Below are positions 24,793-36,054 of a stretch of DNA of 64,000 nt, piece after piece. How positions within the stretch are numbered: the stretch's first letter is position 1; the number at the start of each line of letters is the position of its first letter. The position numbers and the translations under genes were made by a program. The stretch covers positions 13,330,001-13,394,000 of the forward strand of contig CM060733.1 of the NCBI GenBank assembly GCA_030704615.1. Reading direction: 5' to 3'. Source of the stretch: Takakia lepidozioides. Lineage: Eukaryota > Plantae > Bryophyta. The notes under the pieces are model-generated. The model did no database searches. It worked only from the letters and a program-made list of their open reading frames with translations, and was not told the origin of the DNA.

Positions 24793-26429
24793 GACAGCAT
24801 GTATCCAGTCAATGATGCTGCCAACGTGGTTTCGAATCATAAGGCCCGGGTGTTCTGCCAACATCATCTTGGTGAAGATCCCAGATCGGCGTCCAATTGC
24901 GCTGTTTGCAAACCAGGAAGAATAAATTAGTTGCTCTTTGTCATGGGTTTGAGGCATGGAGGGCATTAGTAATGCCAGAGAGAAGACTCAGGTGCTTGTA
25001 CACCATTACGAATACCCAATGGATCTGGACACCGGTTTTTTGAAACACTGATGGTATCTCTTGAACTTCTTTTCATTTCAGGTCTCCCCTACTTTTTTTG
25101 GTAATCACCATGCTCCCTCCCTACGTCTTTGACAGAATTGTAATCACATCTACCCCATTTAAGGTTAAACGCTAGATTTTTTCACTGCAAGAGCATGCAT
25201 GCCTGTCATGCAGCCCAAGGTACTTGGGAGGGATGGGAGCATCGAAGAACTATACAAAGTTCTTACTCTAAGGGTAGGGGCTGAGGTAGACATACCAGTA
25301 AGGCGCTCTTTGTCCTTATATTTCTCAAGGTTAAGCTCCACTTCTGCCAGTGGGACTGCATCCGGGATAATTGAAACCTGCTCTATGCAACCCAGAAGAG
25401 CAAATTGAACAAAGTTCCATGCTTAGAACTCTCAGAGACAACAAACTATGGGTTGGACCAAAACAAGACCTCCGCCTTGACCCCACAAATAAAACAAAAA
25501 AAGTAACAACCATAATCTGAAGTATAAGTGAGGGACCAATAGCATGACAAGCACAAGATGAACCCGCACCAACAGCCCTTCCTTATCTCCTGCCCATCAG
25601 TCCCCCACCCGAAGGTGAGAGAAAGGTCCGAGTGACTGTGCAACAAGCATGTCATGTCCAGGTGCATTATGAAATCCACCGCTATCTCCTCTATTTGAAT
25701 GCCTTACATTCTTGGTCCCAGATCATATGCCGAGGGTGAAACTATAGTTCGGTTTCAATCATTTGTACCAAAAACACTGCCTTCTAAACCACAACTTACC
25801 ATTTGCCTTGCAGTTTTAGACCTCTTCATTGCTCCCCTCCATTCCCTTCACGTCCCTACCCTTATGACAGTGAATCACATTGAGAAATGAAGTGATTGGG
25901 TATCTCGGAATAGACAATAGAATCTACAGTGAAAGACGTCTAAATGTTCTTCACTTTCGATTTCCCTGTTGTTTCCAGCGCAAGCGGTCCTCGGGTTGCA
26001 GGAAGTCCCACCGATCAGTTTCTAACCGCAGACTGTGGGAGCCCACCCTAAGCCTTCCCAATGCCTAAAGTGAAAGAGCCTGGCATTTGCCTACTGGACT
26101 CCGTAAGTTCTTGTAATGATGGGCAAACAGTTCAGTTGTGCTAATGGTGCCAGCCCAAACCTCAACAGGGTCTGACTGTCGAAAATAGAGTTTGTCCATT
26201 TCGTATATGTAAAAGCCTATTGAAGCGTGTGTAATGAACAACTCTCGTGTGAATGATCAGGAACTACCGACTTAAGACTCTAGTAAACAACTATTACTCA
26301 AAGATCTTTACACCCTGTGAGGAGAACCCACCTTTCGTTCAGCCTCCGATCTGCAGTCGACAAAAACAACCAAACTCTTCAATGGGTCGCTTTTCTGCGT
26401 CAGTTCTTCCAGCAATTCCTCACTACTTA
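24793..26429 (-). pseudogene. Rhodanese-domain (sulfurtransferase-like) gene, 3' part; exons 26429-26332, 25377-25296, 24901-~24793
   Basis: SSEELLEEL...VFVDCRSEAERK|VSIIPDAVPL...KYKDKE..PY|C-AIGRRSG...IRNHVGSIIDW. GT-AG borders. A small frameshift precedes the active-site Cys loop. Confidence 0.8.
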
Positions 26430-27153
26430 TGTCGCGGCCCTTTGCCTTGAGGGCAGGGGGTCGGGACACATGAGGGGCTGCCCCTGTGGTGGGGGCAGCG
26501 GCAGCGATAGGTATGGGGGGCTGAAGCACCCTTGAGTGCCCAAGGCACTCAAGGAGGCGGAGGCGCTCACTAGGTGGAGCCCCGCACACCGGGTTGCGGT
26601 GGGGGTGGCTCCACAAGGGGTGGTGGTAGCTTAGCGGGACTTAGTGGGGTGGCATAGGACTCACCATGGGGGCGGAGACCTCGGTGGGAGTCGTGGGGAG
26701 TCTTGGGACTCATCACGGTCCATAGGGGCCGTGGTGAGTGGGCCAAGACTCACCGCGACTCATCACCGGGAGTCGAGGGTTTTCGTGGTGGTTCGCCATA
26801 AAATGGCATGGCTGGTTGTGAAACCCCCGCGGACAGCTACAGAAGTATATATAGGGAGTAGTAACCCCGAGAACGGTGCAAGCCCGTTGGTGACCAAAAA
26901 CTAGTGAGTAAGCGAGCGAGCCGGAAAGCGACCAAAGAGTGGGGAGCTGTTCCGGACTGCCAACTACCAAATGGAATTCCCGTTGGTTCCAAACAGGTGG
27001 AGGGTTCTTTGGGAGAACAAAGGGGGACCGTTATGCCCCGGTGAGCAGCCGAAGCTCCAAGTTGGCCCGGCGGCCAGGTTGGGAGTCAGGCGCGCGCATC
27101 AAAGCGAGTAACTATGACTTGAGGGGGAGCTTACCGAAGTGAGGTGCGCGACA
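26430..27153 (+). repeat. 5' LTR (724 bp)
   Basis: TGTCGCG...CGCGACA termini; 26447-27153 is nearly identical to 43708-44417. Confidence 0.93.
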
Positions 27154-27155
27154 CT

Positions 27156-27167
27156 TGGTATCAGAGC
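27156..27167 (+). promoter_or_regulatory. Primer-binding site complementary to the tRNA-iMet 3' end
   Basis: TGGTATCAGAGC, 2 nt after the 5' LTR. Confidence 0.93.
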
Positions 27168-27248
27168 TTAGAGTTCAGTACGCGATCGTCCTTGGGATTG
27201 GCCTCATCATGGGGTCGGGCAAGCCGAAGCGAAAGCGGAACGGCCCAA

Positions 27249-30200
27249 AAGATGATGATCCCGGTGAGCCCGATGGGGGACGTGTCACCGAGGCGGCCGT
27301 TTGAGGAAGCGATGTATGTTTCCGAAAACGAGGCCGCTCAAGAGCGGGAGGAATCCGAGGAATCGGAGCCCGAGGAATCCTTGAGAGCTCCGACAAACCA
27401 AGAGATGCATCCCATGTCGGCAGCCTTTTGGGAAGGGTTGTTGGCTCAGTTTGGCGGGACGTTGAAAGACGTGTTGAAGGCGGCTAATGCCACTTCCACT
27501 AAGGCAAAGTTTAAGGTGAAGCCTAAGAAACCCGGCACCTTCGAGGGCGTCCGAAATCGGAAGGCACTCAACACCTGGCTGCTGGAGCTAGAGCAGTACT
27601 TCCGGGCGGCCAAGTTGAGTGACGAGGATCGGGTGGAAGTGGCTCCCACCTATTTGAGGGGCTATGCTCAACAATGGTGGCAGAAACGCCTTCACGACCG
27701 AGGTCCAAGCCCGGAAACCTTGAACTGGAGTGGGTTCAAGGAATTGATGAAGAGACAGTTTGTGCCCCTCAACGCGTCCTGGTTTGCCCGGGACAAGATG
27801 AGGAATTTGAAGCAAACAGATGACATTCGGGGGTATGTCCAGGCTTTCAATGTGCTGTTGCTCGAAGTCGCGGACATGGCAGAACCAGAAATGGTCTTCA
27901 ACTTTGTGGTGGGACTGGCCCCATGGGCCAGGCGGAAGTTGGAGGAGAAGCCACCCAAGACTTTGAACGAGGCAATTGAGAGGGCTGAATGTTTCTCGGA
28001 TGTCCCTAGGGGTGAGAGACAAGGCCGTACGGAGCTGAACCACAAGAAGACCCGGCGGGAAGGTGACTCCTTTCGACCGGAAAAGAGTGGGATAGGCCAC
28101 GCGGCGACAATGGCACGTGGAAATCGAAGGGAGGGCCTTCACACGTCAAGGCGGCACCCGGTGCTTCGAAGGAAAAGCGGGTGGAGCGGCTTATGGCGGA
28201 CAGAAGGCGACCTTTGATGGAGTGTGTTTTCAATTGCAGGGAGCCCGGGCACATGGCCAAGAAGTGCACGAAGCCCCGACAATTGAACATGACTCTGGCG
28301 ACCACGGAGCTGTCGGAAGATACCATCAGTCGCTTGGTGGAAGCGGTGGTCACCAGGACTTGCAAGGTAGGCAAATTTTCTTGTGAGTTGTATCAGGAAA
28401 CTGGCGCCTTACGAAAAGGGAGTCAGTTATTGTTCGTGGATGGATAATATCCGGAACTAATGTGTCGTTGTTGGTGGACACAGGAGCGTCGCACTCTTTC
28501 ATGACACCGGCAACGGCACAAAAGCTGGGACTCCCGACAAGTGACGTGGGGGCCTCTATTGAGGTGCGTTCTGCCAAAGGAGAACCGCAATTGGCGACAA
28601 GGTTGGCGTTTGATGTTCCTCTTCAACTGGGGAGTTGGGAGGGACGTGAGAACTTCACCATCTGCGAGATCGATGGAGTGGATCTCATTTTGGGGATGAC
28701 CTTTTTGAGCAAATCCGGAGCGGTCATAGATGGCCGCAAGAGAGTAGTCACGCTGCCATGTGGGAATGGTGGCGAGGTCTTACGAGTGTCGGAAACGCCC
28801 AAATCCGTGGGAGGGCGAATAAACCTTCTGTCAGCAAGGGAGTGGGCCGTGGAGGAGGCACACGAGCCCCAATTTTTGCTTTACATTAGAGAAGTGAAGG
28901 AGAAGGCGATGGGGAGCCGAGCCGAGATTGGATCAAGGGGATTTTGGAGAAATACCAGGATGTGATGCCAGAGGATTTACCAAGCGCCTTGCCACCGCGA
29001 AGAGGAGTTGACCACAAGATTGAGGTGATACCGGGATCGGAACCGCCTAATGCCAAGGCGCCCTACCGGTTGAGCCACAGGAGTGGTCGAGCTGAAGACT
29101 CAGCTCAAGGATCTAATGTCAAAGGGTACATTCCGGCCGAGTAAGTCACCTTACGGAGCCCCGGTGCTATTGCAGACAAGAAGGATGGGACGCTGCGGGA
29201 TGTGTGTCGATTACAGGGCTCTGAATAAGGTGACTATAAAAAACGGTACCCTTGCCAAGGATCGACGACCTCTTCGATCGGTTGGCAGGAGCAAAGTATT
29301 TCAGCCGGATCGACTTGCGCTCCGGCTATCATCAAATTCGGGTGGCGGAAGGAGATGAGGAGAAGACCGCGTGCAGGACAAGGTATGGTTCATATGAGTT
29401 CTTGGTGATGCCTTGGGCTCACAAGCACCAGCGACATTTTAGCACGCTGATGAACAACCTTTTCCAGGAGTGGTGGATGACTTTGTGATCGTGTACATCG
29501 ACGACATCTTGGTGTACTCGAAAACAAAGGAGGAGCACCTGGAGCACCTCAAAAGGGTGTTTCAAAATTGCGAGAAGGGAAGCTGTATGCCAAAGCTTCA
29601 AAGTGCGAATTCGGGGTCACAAAAGTGGAGTTCTTGGGGCATGTGATTACAAGGATGGATCAAAATGGATGACAAAAGGTGAGGGCGATCTTGGACTGGG
29701 AGCCTCCGACTTCGGTCCCGGGAGTGCGATCCTTCCTAGGACTCGCCTCCTATTACCGGAAAGTATGTGAGAAATTTGCCAAGATCGCGGGGCCGCTGTC
29801 GGACCTTTGTGTAAATCCAAAGTATGGGTATGGAAACACTTTGTGGCCAAGCTTTTGCTGAATTGAAGCAGCGGATGGCGGAAGCTCCAGTCTTGAAATC
29901 CCGGAGTTTGACGTCCATTTGAGATTCATACAGATGCGTCGGACTTCGCGATTGGGGGTGTTTACATGCAAGATGGATCCATGGCTTACGAAAGTAAGAA
30001 ACTGAATGAAGTGGAGCGACGGTGGCCAACGCACGAAAAAGAGATGAAGGCGGTGGTGCATTGCCTTGAGCTTTGGCGCCACTATGTTGGTTCCAACCCA
30101 GTGAAGGTATTCACGGACAATGTCACGGTGAAGTATTTTGCCACGCAGCCTAAGTTGTCCCAAAACAACTTAGGTGGCAAGATACTTTGGCGTGTTGACG

Positions 30201-31096
30201 TGGATATCCAGTACAAACCGGGACGAGACAATGTGGTGGCCGATGCTTTAAGTAGAAAGCAGCAGCTCTTGTTGGTGTACAAGGGAGACGGCGCTCCAAA
30301 GGAAGATCCGGAAGGCTTGCCGGAAGGATGAGATGGCGAAGTCCGTGATGCAGGACTTGAGGATGGGGGTTAAAATCGCAGTTTCCACTTGCAAAATGAC
30401 TGCTCCGGTAATAAGCAAAAGCGTCTCTATGTGCCGAAGGGAGGGATCAGAGATAGTCTCTTGAGAGAATGCCATGATGCCCGCTTGCGGGCCACGGCGG
30501 AGCCAAGCGCACTGCGGCACTCTGAAGAAAGAGTATTTCTGGCCCCAAAATTGAGGGAGGAGGTAGAGGCGTATGTCAAGACATGCACCACATGCCAACA
30601 AAACCGGAGCGAGTACAAAAAGCAAGCGGGGCTGTTACAACCCTTGCCGATTCCAGAGGGGACTTGGGAAAGCGTCTCGATGGATTTCATGACTGCTATG
30701 CTGCTGTCAAAAGGATTCGATGCAATCATGGTGGTGGTGGATAGGTTCAGTAAAATGGGCCATTTCATCCCCACCAAGGAGACGGCAACGGCGCAGGAGA
30801 CAGGGCGACTTTACTTCGCCACGTCTTCAAGCATCATGGAGTCCCGAAGGATATTGTCTCGGACCGCGATCCAAAGTTTACGAGTAATTTGGAGGGCACT
30901 TTGGAAGAAGATGGGGACGGCTGAAGATGAGCACCGCCTTCCGACCTTTGAATTCCGTAGTGACGGAATTACGTAATGGAACACACGCGCAGAGTTCTGG
31001 AACACTCCGCAACGGAGTTTCCCCTTTCGTTTGGTCTATGGAAAAGCACCTCTGGTGCCGACAATTTGGGGGAAAGCGCTGTGCCAACGACGCAAT
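27249..31096 (+). pseudogene. Chromovirus gag-pol (gag, zinc knuckle, protease, RT, RNase H, integrase N-part), frameshifted
   Basis: [107 protein letters not shown]. Confidence 0.93.
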
Positions 31097-31691
31097 GGCG
31101 TGAGCGTTGCACGTGAGCGCGCGAGCGTACGCTCAGTGACGTGGCGTGAGCCTGCACACATGCTGACGTGGCGTGAGCGTCATGTCAGCATGCTGATGTG
31201 GCGGTAAATGATGACGTGGCACTGTCCGTCAACTGCCACGTCAGCATTAACATGCGCCGCCTATAACCGTGGATGGTCCTATGACCGTGGAATTAATGCA
31301 GGGAATCTTGCCTAAAAGAATCAAGACGAGCGTTGAGGCCTACAATTGCAGCATCCAACATTGTGCAATTACAAATGTTGTTTCACTTTTACAATTACGA
31401 AGACGAAAATATCCTCACAAAGTGTGCGCCATAAAGGCTGCCACGAGAAGACTTCCTCCTCCTCAAATAACAATGAGAGTTATGATCATCTTCAAAAGAT
31501 GATTGTAGTGCATAGCGACAGCAAGACATGTAGACTTCGAACGGTGCAATGACAAATGTGCACTACCTAAAAGTTGTCACTCAGACCTCACTCCGTATAG
31601 TTGGAGGCCATATCATTGCACAGCCGACGAATTGATGTGAATTACACATTTCAAATCATGGTCATCCACATACCACATTACATAGTTCATG

Positions 31692-34600
31692 CTACCCATG
31701 TGTTGTATCCCGCTGCAAAAGAGTATCGACCTCGTTGAAACTCATAGTGGCCTGGTGAATGAAGTTGTCACGTTTGGGATCGCAAACCATCCTCCTCAAA
31801 AATATGAAATACAAATGTTTGCAGGGTATGAATTTACCTCTCTTGCCCAAACTGGTTGATAGCATATTCACAAAATCAGGACATGTGCAATTGGGGAAAT
31901 TGGAAACCGTGATGTCGTAGGTCCTGTCATGAACAGCAGATGTGGAAGTGATGATTGTGAATACCCGACCATATCCTGGATCGGGTACTTCCGTGGTGCT
32001 TCGACACGAGCTTGGAGCATTCTTGCGGACTCCACTTTGCCAAAGTGTTCAGCGGTTGGAGGGAAACGCCGAACGAGCTTTCCATCTCGTTTGGTTGGCC
32101 ACAAGTCAGGATTTGCCGGGGGGACCCGGGAGGACGCAGGAGTAGTAGCACATGCATGGAGTTGGGGTTGTCTCGCAAGGGAAAAACCTGCCTCCTCCAG
32201 CATTTCAATCTCCTGAAAGCTGAGATGTGTTCCCACCTTCACGGGCCAAACGGTTGGAGGAGATGGCTTCATCACTACGGAAGGACGCACAGTTCCATGC
32301 ACACATCTGGCACAATCATCTGCGCAGAACCAGAACTTGTGGTTCTTGGCTTCTGGTTGACCGTATGGACGCATCAAGCCCGTGAAAGTCGGAGCAGGAG
32401 TTCGGGCACCACCTCTGGATATAGATGAAGTGCACTTCTCGAAATTAGTTGCCCTGATCGCTGTACATTTCACACGAGACCCGACACTTGTGCGTTCTAT
32501 GTGCCAAACGTGGTCGGGGCATGCGGACTCAAGCACATCAAGGGGGTTGTTTCTCTCCTGCACCATTTCAGTGGCACGGTTTGATGCTGGAGCTTGCCGT
32601 CGTGTTGGAGGTTCCTCCACAATGGAGGTTCCGGACACGGAGCTGTCATGCAGGGGAACACGAGGCTTCGAGAAGTTATCACGGTCTGCCCTGTGGGAAT
32701 CTGAATCCGAACCAGGTGGAGTGTTCAATTTCCTCTTACAGGAGCCGAATCTCTCCTCCCCTTCAAGATGTGGAACTCTAGAAACAAGTGGCGTTCCCTG
32801 GGCATACATGCTCACCGCCCGTGCTATCTTGATTGGATCCCCAGATCTGTTTGCAGCACGCAACATCAACTCCATTTGTCCGGACCCTTGCCACCAACCC
32901 CACCTCGTAAGAAATCACGGTATCGGGTTTGTTGTTGCAAGGCACGTATCAAATCATCTGTTGTTGCCACATACAAATCCCGACCTCGTTTCCCAGACTG
33001 CTGCAACCATGCATTGTGCACAGTTTCTGCCAAATTGCAAGATGGCATGTCTGCCATTTCCTCAATGGACATGTTCTGCAAAGAGGATAACCACACTTCA
33101 GAATAGTGCACAGGAAACAACATAAAGAAAGCAATGAGTCAAAAATATGGAAAGCAAATGTATGAATAAAGCATGAAATAGAAGCCTCGTACCATTGTCA
33201 TGGCTGCTCCCCACTGTCTATACCGGAAGTGCCAAAACGCCAGCCAATCTTCCAATGCTCTCATACTCTCAAGTGATGCAGCTCCAGAAGAGAACCACCA
33301 GGCACGAATTGTCTGGAACAAAGTGTCCGCCTCCTTCATTGTTCTAGCATCTTTGTACTCTTTGCACAATTTACGGTGCTGAGTCTGCATCTCTGGTTTG
33401 ATGTCCGACTTTGTATGTTTTTCCAGAGATTGTGTCCAATGGAATAGACATGTACGCTCTCTTCCTGGCATAGGCTTTTGGGTCGCCCGATCCGAAGACA
33501 ATACGAATAGCATTGAAATTTGCTTGAGCACTATCCGCCATGAAACCTGCGAAATTTGGAGATGGCAGCCCATGGCAGCCCATGACAGTATCAGGGAATT
33601 CCACATGAGCTTCTGGGATTCCGTATCCTCGGATTGCATGTCACAAACTGCAATTGTCATAACTCGTTGGTACACTGGATCGTAGACATGACAAGCCATT
33701 GTCGTCCAATCCTTCACTCGTTTCACATGATCAAACATAAGAAAACAGTTCTGCAAGTCCCCAGTCTTCTGCATCCGCTTCACGAGGCTAACCCCACTGC
33801 CCTCCCCAACAGTCGACATTTTGAAAAGAAAAACTTTGATGGCACCTTGACCTGGGAATACATTGTCCTGGATGTAATCGTACTTGCTCAGTCGTTTCAA
33901 TTCCAAAATATTGTCTATGTAGCCTCTGATCCCAGAGCCCATTCTCAATGCATTGATCTGATGCCGAATGTTAGGTGAACTTAAAGTGGAGAAATGATCC
34001 ATGACCAGGTCCAATGCTGCACCGTCAAGTTTAGTCCCCACAGAATCTCCTTCACTCAAAATATGGCTTTCCAAGAAGGACTTGCTTGCGCCAAGAGCAA
34101 TTGCAGATGTTGTTGCGGATGGGTTTCTCCCGAACTCCTGTTTGATCAACCTCGATACTGTCTCAACACTCTCCCTGTAATCCCCCTTCGAGACAGGATG
34201 GTTATGGAATCCAAAATGCACACAAGCTCTCGTCATTGTATTCAAACGGTGGACAACATAGTACATTCTTGCTCGCAGAGCGCCAAGCAGGATGGCACAA
34301 GTTTGCAGAATTTGCAGACGAAAGTGTTTGCCGGTGGAGGGGCAGTCCCAGGCTGAAATGGATTCTCCGCCAGACCCTCCCATTCGCTTTGATTATGAAC
34401 TCCAGACTGAAGAAAGTGTCTGCAATTCAAATTATCACACCTAAGGTGTCCATTGCAAACTGTCCTCCTGAAAACAAGCTTGTCATCATTCTGAATATTG
34501 GATTTTTGTTCTGCACCACGGGTGCCCGTCGTGTTTCTTGTCCATTCCATGCATCATGATTGTTACACCTCCAACTCGCGGAGGAGGAGGCAGCTCGAAT

Positions 34601-35199
34601 AGGATATCGCCATCAAAAGTCTCCGGCAAGAACTTCACAGGCACCTGCTTCAAAGATTCCCAATCAATTCCCCGCAACTCACTTTTGAATCCAGCCATTC
34701 CTCCCATCGCCCGCAATTTTGGAATGACACTACAAATCTCTTCTTCATCAGCTTCTGCAACCACAGTAGGAAGGACTGGATTTGGAATTTCACTTATGTC
34801 ATCATCGGAAGAATCCGAAAGCTCAACGATTGGAGTGGAGGAAGTCTGTTCTTTTTTCACCACCACCTCCCTCTTGTCTTCAACGACCGAAGCAGCAGTC
34901 CCGGGCGTCACATATGACCCAAGGGACTTTCGCCGAGGCTCTCCAAGTACTCTGTATCGACCAGGACGCACTCTCCACTGGCTGATATGAGCCGTCTCAT
35001 CACGGTTTTGGAAAGAATATTTCACCAACTTCCCTTTCAGATCGTAAACCTCTTTCTCCAAAAAGATGGAGCCATTCTGCAGCTGAAAACGGGTAGCCAA
35101 GACATGTTCCAGAACAATTGCAAATCCATTGTCAAGGACTTCCTGGGAGAACGGCACTGGTTTGTCGTCTGAGAAGAACTCCGCTTCAGAGGAAGCCAT
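31692..35199 (-). CDS. Mutator-type DDE transposase with N-terminal Cys/His (GCM-like) zinc domain and C-terminal SWIM finger; intron 33076-33192; several frameshifts in this copy
   Basis: CNGHLRCDNLNC..CKFC..C..C..HFGFHNHP; LMFDHVKR; FMADSAQA; CLFHWTQS; CNLAETVH; SWIM CTCPDF...PCKH. Confidence 0.8.
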
Positions 35200-36054
35200 C
35201 TTCCTTCCTCGAGTATGTTTGTACCTTGCTATCGCAGATCTAGTGTAAATCGGTTTACTGCTGTCTCCAGAACACAGTTGAAGAATGAGCAGAGCATATG
35301 GCGGAGGAAGCTCAGATAACGACTGTGCATATTCTGTTATTCATTCCAGATATGCAGCCGTCCATTTTAATTACTTTTCTTGTGGGCCCAGTGGTCAGAG
35401 AATCCATAGGGGCAGTGTCGGCAACTGTTAAACCGTTAATCAGAAACCTCATCAATAAACCCAATAACAAAGCCGACTTCCTGGAAGCATGCCACAGGAT
35501 CCGAGAATGGGATTGCAGATTAAGTAAATGTATCTATATACTACTACCAATGATCATGCGCACCTGGAAAGTTCCAAATGTGCAACGAATGTGGGGTTTG
35601 GATAACAAGGATGACCGTGTATGATATTCCAAAATTTGTCATCAAACTCTCGTTCATTTATATTTATTTGTTTAAGACTGCGCATCAATTTCTGGGATTC
35701 GCTGTTCTTTTAAATATTGAACCAGTTATAATTAAAGAACACGCCGTTTTTTTGGGCGGCACACGTCAGACATCCATAACTGAATACGAACAGCTGTACA
35801 CCAATTGCTGGCATGTGCACTAATAACGAAACGACTATGTGTAACGGTCACGCGGGAGGGAATCCGATGCTTCTAGAGACACGCAAGAACACAGGCAATC
35901 CCGCAAGAAATCGGGAGTCACTGCGTTTTTTCTACTTTTCGCGCTTAGAGGGAGAGTGGTAGTCAAGCTGGAGAGGGTTCCTTCTAGAATACGAAAGAGA
36001 AGAAAGTCTCTTTATTTTACTTCCCTTAGAGAGAGACGCAGAGCAAGAGAGAAA

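Noticed and set aside
31692-35199. KDZ/Zisupton transposase
   Set aside because: SWIM is shared, but the core motifs (FMAD, CxFHW, NxAExxH) fit the Mutator family better and no KDZ signature was recognised
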